Shown: positions 10,397 through 22,099 of the stretch, piece by piece | Layout: each line of letters begins with the position of its first letter | Position numbering within the stretch: position 1 is the stretch's first letter | From: Thermodesulfovibrionales bacterium | Lineage (GTDB): Bacteria > Nitrospirota > Thermodesulfovibrionia > Thermodesulfovibrionales > SM23-35 | NCBI GenBank assembly: GCA_963715195.1 | Contig: CAVQRT010000031.1 | Coordinates: 224,001-288,000, forward strand | Reading direction: 5' to 3' | DNA length: 64,000 nt | The notes under the pieces: model-generated | What the model was told of the DNA's origin: nothing | The model's input: the letters and a program-made list of their open reading frames with translations, nothing else | Database searches by the model: none | Translations under genes and position numbers: made by a program

Positions 10397-11914
10397 TTAT
10401 TTCAACGTCACCGGCATTCCCAAAAGCGGCCATATGATAGCTGCGCAGAGACCAGTAACAGCCATTAAAATAATACTGGCTGGTATTCCTGCAACAAAAA
10501 ACTGCGCAACTGAAAATTGTTTTGATTCATATGCGATAGCATTCGGCGCTGCACCAACCAGAAGGAGAAATGGCATGCCTGCTACGACCAGTGATGAAAA
10601 GAGAACCACTTCGCCCGAAACACCGAGGTACGGAGCAATAACAAGTGCAACGGGCAGTGAAATAGCAATTGCAGCCACGTTCATGATGAAATTGGTCATT
10701 ATCATGACGAAGAAGGATATAGCTAAGACAAAGATAAACCAGTTAGCCTCCTGGAACATAACAAGCCAGTTTATGGCCATCCATTTTGCAGCACCTGTAT
10801 CCCACAGGCAGAATCCAATGCTCATAGCTCCCCCGAAGAGAAGAATGATATTCCACGGGATTTCCTCAAGGTCCTTGATCGTGAGGATCTTGGTCAAGAA
10901 AAAGATTATTGTTGCAATAAGGACAATCGCCGATTTGTTGAATGGTTTCAGAGCAGGGACAAAAGACTGTAATGATAGAAAAATTATTATACAAAGAACA
11001 ACAATACCGGCGAAGATTTCCTTTCCCGTTATCCCGCCCATTTGCTTATAAAGGTCCTTTGCCTTTTGCCTGAGTCCCGGAATAGTCTTTTTTTCCGGTT
11101 TAAACCAGATCAATATGAATAACCAGAGGAGGAAGGTCATGATCCAACCAGGCAAAAACATGTATTTAGTGAGTTGAAAGAATGTTATATTCTGGTGCAT
11201 TATATCGTTGTAAAACCCTATAGCGACAGCGCCTCGTGCAGCACCGAGAAGGGTGACAATACTTCCTGCACCCGCAACAAATGCCATTCCGATAAAGAGT
11301 CCCTTCCCGAATTTTGTTGGCTTATCTCCCTCACCATACAGTGAGTAGATTGCGAGAAGGAGAGGGTATACCGTCGCTGCAACCGCAGTATGTGCCATAA
11401 CGTGTGTGAGAGCGGCCGTCAAAACAAAAACACCGAGATAAATCATACTCGTCTTCTCGCCTATTACTGTAAGCATTTTGTATGCAAGGCGCTTTGTAAG
11501 CCCTGTCCTTGTAAAGACCATACCGATGACTATGGAACCGAAAATGAACCAGACTGACGGATCCATGAAGCTTCTGAAGGCTTCTTTGGCAGGTCTGATG
11601 AAAAACATGGCCTGAAATACTCCAATGGTAATACTTGTTACTCCAATGGGAACAACCTCAAATACCCACCAGGTGCCTGCAAGAAGAAAGAGCGCTATCG
11701 CTGCTTTCCCCTCTTTGCTGAGTGGGAAATGCTCTCCCAATGGGTCAACGGCATCAGGGAGAGCGGGCATGTAGTTAAAAACAATAAAGAAGGTTAGTCC
11801 GAGTAAGACAAAAAATATCCTTTTCCAGTCAATCCTCGATTTCGGCTTCGCGACAGTAATTTCAGATGGTGGCTCAGGTAGCCCTTCTGTTTGCTTTCTC
11901 TCTTTTGCTGTCAT
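10397..11914 (-). CDS. SLC13/DASS family Na+-coupled anion permease
   Basis: Multi-TM; WWVFEVVP, IPWNIILLFGG, AAPNAIAY motifs. Confidence 0.9.
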   Translation of the reverse strand: MTAKERKQTEGLPEPPSEITVAKPKSRIDWKRIFFVLLGLTFFIVFNYMPALPDAVDPLGEHFPLSKEGKAAIALFLLAGTWWVFEVVPIGVTSITIGVFQAMFFIRPAKEAFRSFMDPSVWFIFGSIVIGMVFTRTGLTKRLAYKMLTVIGEKTSMIYLGVFVLTAALTHVMAHTAVAATVYPLLLAIYSLYGEGDKPTKFGKGLFIGMAFVAGAGSIVTLLGAARGAVAIGFYNDIMHQNITFFQLTKYMFLPGWIMTFLLWLFILIWFKPEKKTIPGLRQKAKDLYKQMGGITGKEIFAGIVVLCIIIFLSLQSFVPALKPFNKSAIVLIATIIFFLTKILTIKDLEEIPWNIILLFGGAMSIGFCLWDTGAAKWMAINWLVMFQEANWFIFVLAISFFVMIMTNFIMNVAAIAISLPVALVIAPYLGVSGEVVLFSSLVVAGMPFLLLVGAAPNAIAYESKQFSVAQFFVAGIPASIILMAVTGLCAAIIWPLLGMPVTLK

Positions 11915-11924
11915 CCTCGCCCTC

Positions 11925-12446
11925 CTATTCCTTTACAACCGCGTTGGATATTTCATCAAATATTTCGATCATCCTGACGATACCGACAAACTTCTTCTTG
12001 TTCTCAAGAACGGGAAGAAGCACCAGATCGTGGTGAATCATGAGATAAGCAGCCTTTGTAATAGGGTCATCCGGTTCAACGAAGTACCTGGCAGGTATCA
12101 TGATTTCACTCACGGGTTTTTCCGCAAGCTCTTTTGCATCCTTATCAAAAAGCTTGTCCCATATGAGGGACAGATGTGATTCATTCTCCTCAGGGACCTG
12201 GGCTTTCGTGGTCGGTTTCAGAAACTTAGGTTCCAGTCCCCTGAGAATATCTTTCATGGTAAGAGTCCCCATGAGATTGTATTTCTCGTCAAATACCAAA
12301 ATTGCAAGAGGATCCGGATATTTCTTAGTACTGATAAAAGATACCTTCACGATCCTAATAGCCTGGCTGATTGAAAACCAGTAGGGCACGTGAGGATACT
12401 CAAAGATGCCGATCATTACATCCTTTGCCACTTTCCCGTCAGACAT
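11925..12446 (-). CDS. CBS domain protein
   Basis: CBS pair, co-oriented immediately upstream of the DASS gene. Confidence 0.85.
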   Translation of the reverse strand: MSDGKVAKDVMIGIFEYPHVPYWFSISQAIRIVKVSFISTKKYPDPLAILVFDEKYNLMGTLTMKDILRGLEPKFLKPTTKAQVPEENESHLSLIWDKLFDKDAKELAEKPVSEIMIPARYFVEPDDPITKAAYLMIHHDLVLLPVLENKKKFVGIVRMIEIFDEISNAVVKE

Positions 12447-12532
12447 GTTCCCCTCCTTTTCAATGCTGTTAAACTTTTATGCCTGCAAAATTCAATCAAC
12501 CTAACGGTTCAACGATTGAATGGCTGACCTTA

Positions 12533-13271
12533 TTACACGATTCTGCGTTCAAGCTCCATGAAAAATTTAAATCTGTCAGAGCGGTTCATGAGACGTGCAT
12601 ACGTGACCAGGGTATCTCCTGAATACGCGTGCTGATTCAGGAGAATGGTCAAGGAATCCTCTGCGAGACCAAGAAGCCTCGCTTCGTCTGCATTCAATGG
12701 TGTTACTCCAATATAGTTTTTTATATTGGTGATCTTAATGTTGTATTTCTTATCGAGAAGGTCGAGCAAAGAATGTCCCCCCAGATCTTCTTCTATGAGA
12801 AGCGGACAAAGGTGATACGGGATATAGGATTCCTGAAGAATAACCGGCTCGTTGTCAATTGACCACAGACGTTTTATATATATAAGATGATTGTCCCTCA
12901 GGGATGTTGAATATTTTATTTAGGTCATCGATGGGAATCATGACAGTACGGGCAAGAACTGTTGAGGATAAAGCAGCCCCTTCCTCAATCATTGGTTCCC
13001 TGAAGTTAGTAAACATGGTCAGCCCCTCAGAGACAATTTTTTTGTAGATAAAAGTTCCTTTTCCCTGCTGGCGTTTCAGATATCCTTGCCTGACCAGTTC
13101 AAGGACAGCGGTTCTGACCGTGACTCTGCTAACATCAAACATTTTACAGAGATCTTCTTCAGTCGGTATTTGCGAACCAACCTGCCATTCATTGCTCTCA
13201 ATTTTTTTCTTCAGAATCTCGTAAAGCTGAAGATATAATTTCTGGTGGTCTTCCCTGTTGATTTGTTGCAT
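12533..13271 (-). CDS. GntR/HutC-family regulator (wHTH + UTRA), frameshifted near 12.78-12.9 kb
   Basis: PTEEDL...VSRVTVR...QGKGTF HTH in 12855..13271; UTRA C-terminus in 12533..12769. Confidence 0.8.
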
Positions 13272-13321
13272 GATATTATTAAATACTAACGTTATGACAA
13301 AATTACGTTATGTTGGAAAAA

Positions 13322-13350
13322 ATTATAAAAATATTAAGCGCAGTTGTCAA
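13322..13350 (-). promoter_or_regulatory. Consensus sigma70 promoter for gntR
   Basis: TTGACA-N17-TATAAT on the minus strand; repeated ACGTTATG at 13289 and 13305 just downstream may be an autoregulatory operator. Confidence 0.75.
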
Positions 13351-13389
13351 GAATTTTTTTAGGAATGCATAAAAGGGGTATAATGAGGT

Positions 13390-15960
13390 ATGTTCAGGGT
13401 TTCAGATTTATTTAAGAAAGGTTCTCGGAAAAAGGCCGGCAGCGAGGCTTTCAGAGCAGTCATTAAAGAGAAATACAAGGCATTCCAGAATCTCCTCACT
13501 GCGAATAATCAGGTTCTTGAACTTATGGCTGATATGGAAGAGAAATTTTCGGGTGAATATCTCTTTGATATGATCATATATAAAAACAAATACACGGCTC
13601 ATCAGCTATGAAAGTCCTGAAGATTATCGAAAGTCTGAATGCGCTTTCAGACAGGAGAAATACCGACAATTCTATACAATACATGCTGACATTGAGCGGA
13701 AGATCGAAAAAATTCTTGAATATAAAATGGAGATTCCGGTCAAGTGATCTCACTATTCCCATCGAAAATCTTGGCGGGGAAACAGTGGGAATTGCGGGTG
13801 GAAAGATTACATCATTTAGGGGAAGTGAAGAGCGCTCTCAATCTCCCGGCTCCCGATGGATTTGTTATCAGTGCGTATGCATTTCTTAAATTCATGGACC
13901 ACAACGGCCTTGTTGAAAAGATCAGTGAGAGCATAAAGGATCTGGATATCGAGGATCTAGACATCATTGAATCAGATAAGTGCAGAAATATATGAGATGA
14001 TCATACAATCGAATATTCCTCCTGATCATCAGTGAAGCTATCGACCATGCATACGCAAAGCTGTGCAAAAAAGCCGGTAGAGAAATTAATGGTATCGGTC
14101 AGAAGCAGTGCCATACGTGAAGACAGCGAATTCAGTTTTGCGGGTCAATATGCTACATTTCTGAATGTCCCGGGAGATTCTATTTTGCAGAAATACAAAG
14201 AAGTCGTTGCAAGTCTCTTTACTCCACGTGCGATTTTTTACTTCAAGACAAAGGGTTTTACGGAAACAGAAATGGTCATGGCTGTGGGTGTTCTGAGCAT
14301 GATTGATGCTGCTGCCGGAGGGGTAATGTACTCACGCGATCCAAACGATCCTCATTCGGATCATATCCTCATCAACGCTGTTCATGGTCTCGGGCTATGG
14401 GTGGTGGATGGCTACGGTGACCCCGAATATCTTTACCGTATCAAGGCATCCGACCGGTACAATCATCGAGCGGAAAATATCGAATCAGGAAAAGATGCTT
14501 GTCTGCGATGACGGTGGCGGAATTAAAAATAGAGACGGTTCCAGAGATAAAGAGAGGAAAGCAGTGTATTTCCGATGAACAGATCCAGGCGCTCTCACAC
14601 TATGCCCTTGATTTGGAAAAATACTACGGATTTCCCCAGGACATCGAATGGGCCGTGGGAGGTGATCAGACAATATATCATATTGCAAACCCGACCTCTG
14701 CAAATGCTTACCTCGGGACCGGACTGTCTGCATCCCGACACGATTTGAACAGTACAACATCATTCTGGATAAGGGAGAGATTGCATGTAAGGGAGTGGGA
14801 GTCGGCAATGTTTTCCTCTTAAACGACGACGAAGACTTGAAAAATTTCCCGGAAGGTGCCGTTCTCGTGGCCCATCATACATCACCAAAATTTGTGACAG
14901 TCATGAATAAGGCTGCCGCTATTATTACCGACGTCGGCAGTGTTACCGGTCACATGGCATCTCTGTCACGGGAGAATCAGGTCCCAACGATCCTTGATAC
15001 CGAAGTTGCAACAAGTGTTTTCAGGGACGGCCAGGAGATAACCGTCGATGCAATAAATTGCAATATCTACGAGGGCAGGGTTGATGAACTCATTCAGTTT
15101 GCCAGCACAAAGAAAGAGCCTTTCAAGGGAGACTCATTTATTCAAAACGCTTGAAAAAGTTCTCAAATCAATTGTTCCGCTCAATCTGACAGACCCTGAC
15201 AGTGAATACTTTAAACCGGAGTATTGCAAAACCTACCATGATATAACCCGCTTTGCCCATGAAATGGCAATGCACGAGATGTTCAGCATGGGCGAAGAAG
15301 GAGATATTGAAGATACAGCAAACAATTCGATCTTTCTGCCGGTATCCCCATTAATGTTCATGTAATAAATATCAATGGAGGATTGAAAGAAGGCTTGAAA
15401 AAGGCGACAGCGGAGGATGTACTTTCGATCCCATTTGCTGCGCTCTTAAAGGGGATGAAAAGTATGAAATGGCCGAGGCCTCGTCCGCCGGTTGATGCCA
15501 AGGGATTCATGGGCATGCTCGCGCATTCGGCGTCTGTGCCCGAGGACCAGCTTCAGGAGACGGCGAAGAAGAGCTTTGCTGTTGTTTCAAAAAATTATGT
15601 GAATTTCAGCATTCGGCTTGGTTACCATTTTTCCTTGATCGAGGCGTATGCAGGAGAAAACATTAATGACAACTATATTAAAGTTTTTCTTCAAAGGTGG
15701 AGGCGCTGCTCTCGACAGGAGATTACGACGAGTCAGGCTTATTCAGGAAATCCTCAAAGCGATGGGATTCCGGATCTACGGTCAAAGAAGATGTCATGAA
15801 TGCTCTTCTCACTAAATATAAGCAGCCCTCCATAGAAGAAAAATTGGTTATTTTAGGTAAACTGACTGCCTATACCAAACAACTTGATATGGCCATGTTT
15901 AATGATGCGGTTACCGATATGTATATAGACCAGTTTATCAAAGCGCATATACAGAAGTAA
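13390..15960 (+). CDS. PEP/pyruvate-binding (PEP synthase/PPDK-like) protein with phospho-His swivel domain; many frameshifts
   Basis: Fragments carry SVRSSAIRED..SFAGQY, PQDIEWA, GSVTGHMASLSRE and C-terminal NFSIRLGYHFS. Confidence 0.8.
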
Positions 15961-15993
15961 TCTATTTCCCTGAATCCCTAAATCCTTGGTCCC

Positions 15994-16419
15994 TTATTCT
16001 TTTTTCAGTTGCTCCCTCAGCATTTTATTCTCTCTCTGAACTGTGAGCCATTTTAATGCCTTTTCAATCGTGAAGAGAATCTGTTCCTTTCGGAATGGTT
16101 TTGTAATAAAGTCAAAGCCGCCCTTCTGGATCGCCTCGGAGGCAGATTCAACAGAGGCAAAAGCCGTTATGATAATAACCGGGATGTCTTCGTCAATCTT
16201 CTTGACGGCATCGATTATTTCCATCCCGTTGAGTCCAGGCATCTTCAGGTCGGATATAACAAGGTCAAACCCGCCCTGTTTCGCAAGTTCTATCGCTTCT
16301 ACCGGATTATTTGTTGTCGTAATATCGTATGCGGTTTTCTCCCGCAAAATCATACTGAGGAGTTTCAACATATCAGGTTCGTCATCAATAATAAGTATTT
16401 TTGCCATGATATCCTCCAT
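15994..16419 (-). CDS. Single-domain response regulator
   Basis: IIDDE, DLKMPG, KP receiver motifs. Confidence 0.92.
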   Translation of the reverse strand: MEDIMAKILIIDDEPDMLKLLSMILREKTAYDITTTNNPVEAIELAKQGGFDLVISDLKMPGLNGMEIIDAVKKIDEDIPVIIITAFASVESASEAIQKGGFDFITKPFRKEQILFTIEKALKWLTVQRENKMLREQLKKE

Positions 16420-18666
16420 TATTTCGTTTCAACCTGTTCACCGCGTGCTGCCGGGAACGCTATTATGAATGTAGTCCCCGTTTCCTCTGACTCTTCTTTT
16501 GTCTTGGTTTCAAAAGTGATTGCCCCTCCGTGTTTTATTACGATACCATAAGAAACGGAAAGACCGAGACCGGTACCTTTCCCAACCTCTTTTGTGGTGA
16601 AGAGCGGATCAAAAATTCTGTTGCGATGTTCCTTTTTTATCCCATGTCCTGTATCTGCGAAACTGATCTTAACGGTATCATTATTGAATGACATGGTCGT
16701 AATGGTTAACACTCCGCCTCCCTGCATAGCATGAATGGCATTATTCATGATATTAATAAAGACTTGCTGCAACTCTGCCGAATCGACCTTGACTGTCGGC
16801 AGGTTTTCCTTCAGCTGTTTCTTCACCGATATCTTGTTTACAAGTAATGTATTATTCATCACTGCCAGCACTGTCTCGATATTTTTGTTGATATCAATAA
16901 ACTCCTCTTTATGCTCTTTGTGTCTGGCAAAGTTCAGGAGATTCTCTACCACCCTCTTGGCATTGAGCCCCTGTCTCTCAATGGTTTTCAAGAGATCGTA
17001 TTCTTGTGAATCAGGGGGGGCCTTCTCAAGGAGAAGCTCAGTGAATCCAAGAATAACGCCGAGAGGGTTGTTGATTTCATGTGCTACGCCAGCAGCCAGA
17101 GTGCCCATCGAGGCAAGTTTTTCTGTGTAATAACTATGTTCCTCAATTTTTCTTCGTTCCGTGATGTCCCTTGAAATTCCGAGTATCGCGTAGATATTTC
17201 CTGCTTCATCAAAGAGCCTTCTGAGGTGAGTGCTAAACCAGCACTGACGCTCTCCGATTACGACAAGATGAGTCATCTGCTGGCTTTCCTTTGTATCAAA
17301 TACCTTCTGAATCGTCAGAAGAAATGTTTTGGCACTCGGCCTTGAGAGTATTTCTGACAGGTTATGTCCGACGATATCCTCTCCGGTTTTTTCGAAAAAC
17401 TTGGCTCCATACTTATTAATTGATAAAAAGTTACCGCTGTAGTCCACGGAGAAGATGATATCCTCGGCATTTTCCACCAGTGATTTATATTTTTGTTCCG
17501 ACTTTTTGAGTTCCGCTGTTTTTCTCGTAACCTCCTGCTCTAAGATATTCGACCAGCTGAGAATCATAAAGTTGATAAATAGTCCGCCGAATAAAATGAG
17601 AAAAATTATCAGACCCTGAAGAATGAACTGCTGAACGTGAATTGAGTGAATTGCTTTTTCTACCTCTGTTGTTGGTGCCACAACAGCAACTGACCACATG
17701 CGGTTATTAGGATCACTTCTCAAATGAATAGGGGTATAAGCAATGAATTTCTTAATTTCTCCTTCGATACCTCTGTGCCATCCCGAAACATACCAGCTTG
17801 TACCCTCCTCACCTTTCAACATCTTGTCTTTTTGAATCTCATTAATTCTTGCGAAAAGAGATCGTTGGCTTTTTCCCTTTACGGGCTTCAAAAGCATTCT
17901 GTCCAACAAAGTTTTGCTCCTGGTGATACAGGAACATACCATTCTCATCTATGATCCATGCATATCCTGTTTTCCCTGATCGGATATCTTTGGCGATACC
18001 TTTAATGAGACGGCTTGCATCAATAACAAAGATCAACACCCCCGAAAATTTGTTTGTGGCAACAGGATGAGCATCATCGGAAGAAACCTGCCAGACAGGT
18101 ATCATTATTTTCATTTGAGGTTGTGTGGGTTGATCGCCGAAAGATCCGAGAAAAACGCTCGTCATGCGGATATGGCCTTTCTGATCGTCTTTCATTGCCC
18201 ATTCAAGGAAAGAAATATCTGCGGGATGTGGTTTTTCAGAAATGCATGAGTGGTTTTCAGTGACGTGATACATCCTCAGACGTTTTTGCTGGATAAACTG
18301 TATTTCTAATGTACCTTGATGTTGTATGCTCGAAAAGGTAATTTCCATTCTATTTCTGAGGGCGGGCAATTCTGAATATTGAATCGACGGGGATAAACTC
18401 AGGAGCTGAATTTCCCTTTTGAGCGAATCAAGGCTGTTCTCTATCTGGTATGCGACATGCTGGGCAAGGACAAGTTGCTGTTGGTTAAAATCTTCTGTAA
18501 CGGTTTCTCGTATCCTCTTAGAAGACATCCAGCCGAGGATGAGAACAGTGCCCAATAAGAGGGTCATCATGATGCCGATAAAAGCCTTAAAATATTTGAA
18601 ATTGAAAGGGTGGTATTTTTCAATTAAAGAGATTAAAGCTCGTTTCAGATCAAAAGGAAACGACAT
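16419..18666 (-). CDS. Sensor histidine kinase (Cache-PAS-HisKA-HATPase), one frameshift near 17860
   Basis: TM + Cache (GKTGYAWIID) in 17842..18666; AHEINNPL H-box and G boxes in 16419..17948. Confidence 0.88.
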
Positions 18667-19068
18667 TTTTTTGCCTGGTAATACTATTAAAGATAGTTAT
18701 ACTATTTTGAAATTACAATAACATATTTAAGTAAAAAGCTATCCTTCTTTTCGATAGGTATATCCGCAGACAATTAAGTTCTCACTATAAAGTTTCGGCT
18801 AAACAATAAAGTGCTTACTTTTTCAGCGAAAAGTCTGTTACTCACTTAATGGACAGGCAAAGAGTCTACATAAAGTTGCAACCTATAGTGGGGGGATATC
18901 TCGTTCCTCTTTTTAGATAGATGGTCTTGTAAATGGTCTTGTTCTCGCTCTGCTCGCCTTTTTTTAAGAGAGAGTTATAATTTTTCCACTTCTTCTTTTC
19001 ATTCCTCTGGGAATTTAATCAAAGAATTCCTCGATGCTCTGCATCGGAGGCAATATTTCCGCTATTCT

Positions 19069-19152
19069 GTCATTCACGCTTGGCGGGAATCCTTCTGAAT
19101 AAAGAAAAAATACAGTATAGCAAAGAAAGATTCCGGCCAAGCCGGAATGACA
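19069..19152. repeat. REP-like palindromic element (TGTCATTC...GGAATC...GATTCC...GGAATGACA)
   Basis: Nested inverted repeats; a related copy lies at 51404-51485. Confidence 0.7.
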
Positions 19153-19243
19153 ATTTTTGATACCTCGCAGCTTTGCTGTGGGGTAGTTCATGTGGTAAGA
19201 ATGAAATCAGCGGAGAAAATAGGAAAATATGGAACATTTACAT

Positions 19244-19287
19244 AAAAAAAACTTCTGAGAAGGCTACTTTTTTGGCCTTCCCAGAAG
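19244..19287 (-). terminator. Rho-independent terminator after the porin gene
   Basis: CTTCTGAGAAGGC/GCCTTCCCAGAAG stem followed by a T8 run on the minus strand. Confidence 0.7.
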
Positions 19288-19313
19288 AAATATTTTGAAG
19301 AAGGTTTTATCCT

Positions 19314-20834
19314 TTAAAATTTAAAGATCATGCGCATTCCGACCATATCCTCATTCTGGGACTGACCTTCGCCCGCCAGATTCGCGCCGTCTCCACTATA
19401 CAGCCCGCTTTCTCCGGCAGTGACATGGGTGTAGTTAAGCTGCCAGCGTACGAGAGGATTCCACGTCCAGTTCACACCAAAAGTATATTCATCAGTCCAC
19501 GGGGCACCGTCCATAATGCGGTACGAGTTTCCATCATATTCCGTGCGGGCAAAGAACCTTTCACTGACATCAGTATGCGTGTACCGTGCCAGCAATTCCC
19601 ATGCACCGCTTCCCTGCATTTTAACTGGATTAAAGTCAACTTTAGGATTAGGCTGGCGCCACCCAAAATTGCTAACAGTCTTGCTCTCGCCTGTGAGGAA
19701 ATAACTGACCCAGGTGCTCCACGAGGATAGCGTTCCGTCAACATCGAGGACCTTCGCACCAGACGATTTCTCAAACACATCGATATTATCGTATTTTGTT
19801 TCGAGGTATTCAGTGCTGCAGGAGAAAGGTCCACCTATATAGTGGGCCTCAACACCCCAGCGGTTTCGCTGCCCTATTTCCCCTTTCGAAAAACTCTGTT
19901 CCGTACGCCACTTCCACATTTTATCATCCCTAATTTGAGTGCTCATACCGCCGGTTTCAAATCGTGTTGTTGGAACTGACTGATTACTGTGCGTGGCCTG
20001 TACAGCAAGATGGAGCCCTTCAAGGAAATGTCCTTTATCGTTTTTGAAGGGACTGAAAAATATTCTTGCGATAATATCCTTGTGATCATCGATGTCTCCC
20101 TTCTTGTAGTCCAGTTCCATGCCTGCACCAGTCCATGCAGACAGGTTCCACGCCAGGGTTTTGTTCATCACATCACCCCACAGCCAGAGACCTCGGTCAA
20201 AGTAAGGATAGACGGGCGTAGTGGAGCCCCGTTCGATGAAATTTACATTATTATCCATTGTCCACCATGAGGTGCTGAAAGGGGGCTTCATTTGACCTGC
20301 CCTGAAATGGAGCCAGTCTCTGAAAGCGTAATCCACCCATGCATTTCTTATGTATGGACTGTCAGCAAATTCTGCCTGCAGCCTGAACGTTATATACTTA
20401 TAGAATGTCCCTTGGAAATCTGCACGTGCCCGCCTGAGGTCGAACTGGGTCGAGTTCTCGCTATTTCCTCCATATGCCTTCATATCGAAGTGGATATTGC
20501 CCCGAATCCTCATGCTGAAGTTACCGTCGGGAGTTTCAAGATAGAAATCATTTTTCCAAAAACTGAATGCAGGGATGGCCTTTTTCTCCTTTATTATCTC
20601 CTCCTGCTTCTGCACCGTCGCAGTGGCTTTTTCCATTTCCTGGAGCTTCATTTCGAGCGTTTTCACCCTCTCTTCCAGTACTCTATTCTCTTCAATCTTC
20701 TGCTTGAGCATCTGTAATTCTTGCTTGAGCTCATCTGTCGTTGTGGTCTGAGAGAAGCAAACAGGTGCGCTAAGGCCTACCATCAGCACGATAAATAGGG
20801 AAAATACCAGAGCCTTCATGTGAAATTGTTTCAC
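19314..20834 (-). CDS. OprO/OprP-family anion-selective porin
   Basis: Signal peptide, coiled coil, RRARAD, GAWELLARY, terminal Phe. Confidence 0.85.
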   Translation of the reverse strand: MKQFHMKALVFSLFIVLMVGLSAPVCFSQTTTTDELKQELQMLKQKIEENRVLEERVKTLEMKLQEMEKATATVQKQEEIIKEKKAIPAFSFWKNDFYLETPDGNFSMRIRGNIHFDMKAYGGNSENSTQFDLRRARADFQGTFYKYITFRLQAEFADSPYIRNAWVDYAFRDWLHFRAGQMKPPFSTSWWTMDNNVNFIERGSTTPVYPYFDRGLWLWGDVMNKTLAWNLSAWTGAGMELDYKKGDIDDHKDIIARIFFSPFKNDKGHFLEGLHLAVQATHSNQSVPTTRFETGGMSTQIRDDKMWKWRTEQSFSKGEIGQRNRWGVEAHYIGGPFSCSTEYLETKYDNIDVFEKSSGAKVLDVDGTLSSWSTWVSYFLTGESKTVSNFGWRQPNPKVDFNPVKMQGSGAWELLARYTHTDVSERFFARTEYDGNSYRIMDGAPWTDEYTFGVNWTWNPLVRWQLNYTHVTAGESGLYSGDGANLAGEGQSQNEDMVGMRMIFKF

Positions 20835-20881
20835 AGATTACTCCTTTCATATGACAGTTCATTTCAAGCTACGGGTAAACC

Positions 20882-21313
20882 TTACTTCTTCACTACATAA
20901 ACAGAACATGGTGCGTGGCTGACTACCTTTGATGCCACACTCCCCATGAAAAACCGTGTTGCCTTGCCTCCCATTCCTTTGCTTCCGATGATGATGAGAT
21001 CCATTTTCTTCTTCTCGGCAACTCCAAGTATTTCGTTCGCAGGAGAGATGGAAGACATGAGAAGGGTTTTAGCTGCAACCCCCTCTGCCTGGAGTATCAC
21101 CTGTGCCTTCTCAATTACTTCCTCTCCCCTGCGTTTCATGCTCTCATTAATGCTGCCTGCCTCCTTTGCCGAAAGTTCGAGGTCAAAACCTGCAAGAAAA
21201 GGGATAACTGTCATGAGGTGAACCTCTGCTTTTTGTGCTTTGGCAAAAGCAAGTGCTACCCTTACAGCCTCCATCGAATAATTTGATCCATCTACCGGTA
21301 CGAGTATTTTCAT
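20882..21313 (-). CDS. Universal stress protein
   Basis: ILVPVDGS...GSKG...MGSV. Confidence 0.92.
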   Translation of the reverse strand: MKILVPVDGSNYSMEAVRVALAFAKAQKAEVHLMTVIPFLAGFDLELSAKEAGSINESMKRRGEEVIEKAQVILQAEGVAAKTLLMSSISPANEILGVAEKKKMDLIIIGSKGMGGKATRFFMGSVASKVVSHAPCSVYVVKK

Positions 21314-21325
21314 TTTTCACCTCCT

Positions 21326-22097
21326 TTAAACTTCCTTCTTCACTTTTGCCTTCTTCATGCTCAGACCCATTCCCTCAAATATGTAGAAGATCGCAAACCC
21401 GTACCACAGAGTATACACAACATAGAAGACAGCAGGAGACCGTCATGATGCCGAGCTCTGTCACTCACCTTTTCAGGAGCTATCCCATAGAAGTTATATG
21501 CTGTTTCAACCGCTTTTTTCATCACGTCGATACCATGTTTGCCTCTTCAACCATTTTCTCTTTTTTGAACGCTTTGTCTATCTTGGGCAAGCATTATGCC
21601 ACTGCCTGAACATCTTTTCAGCATCGTCATTTGCTCATCGCATAACCGCATATTTGGCCTTGATCTTTGTCTCCTTCGTTATTAAACATCGCATCTGCAT
21701 CGTTCAACGCTGCAGCAAGTATTTTCCCAAGGTCTCCTTCGATTTTCAGTTCAGCACCATTGACTTCAACCTTCGCACCTTCAGTACCGTAAACAGCTTA
21801 GATGTTCCGTTCAGCTCTCTTCTCAGCATCTCCCGGCTTGTCGTAGGCTTATCCATCTTGATGCTGATGTAAACATTTTGCCCATAAACTTCTCATTGCT
21901 CTTCAACCTTCGGGATGAAGTATGAAGACCCTTTCGCAAGCCTGTTGAACATCCTGTCCGAATACTCCAGTCCATTCTGTGGTGATCCATCAGGAGCCTT
22001 CGGGAAGATAGGCGAAAAGATAAGAAACAATACCACAAAAAACGAAACAAGCATGACGTATCCCAAGGCCCAGATGTCCTTTATGTCCTTTGGCCAT
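21326..22097 (-). CDS. Hypothetical membrane protein co-transcribed with tauE; frameshifted
   Basis: SD+ATG at 22097; reading-frame pieces (N-terminal TM, NGLEYSDRMFNRLAKGSSYFIP, C-terminal EGMGLSMKKAKVKKEV*). Confidence 0.6.
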
Positions 22098-22099
22098 TT

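Noticed and set aside
10434..11051. Long antisense ORFs (also 26962..27675, 28786..29433, 60620..61261 and others)
   Set aside because: Shadow frames of well-supported genes, with no motifs or SD
18921..18942. Direct repeat ATGGTCTTGT x2
   Set aside because: Only two short copies with no supporting context; could be chance
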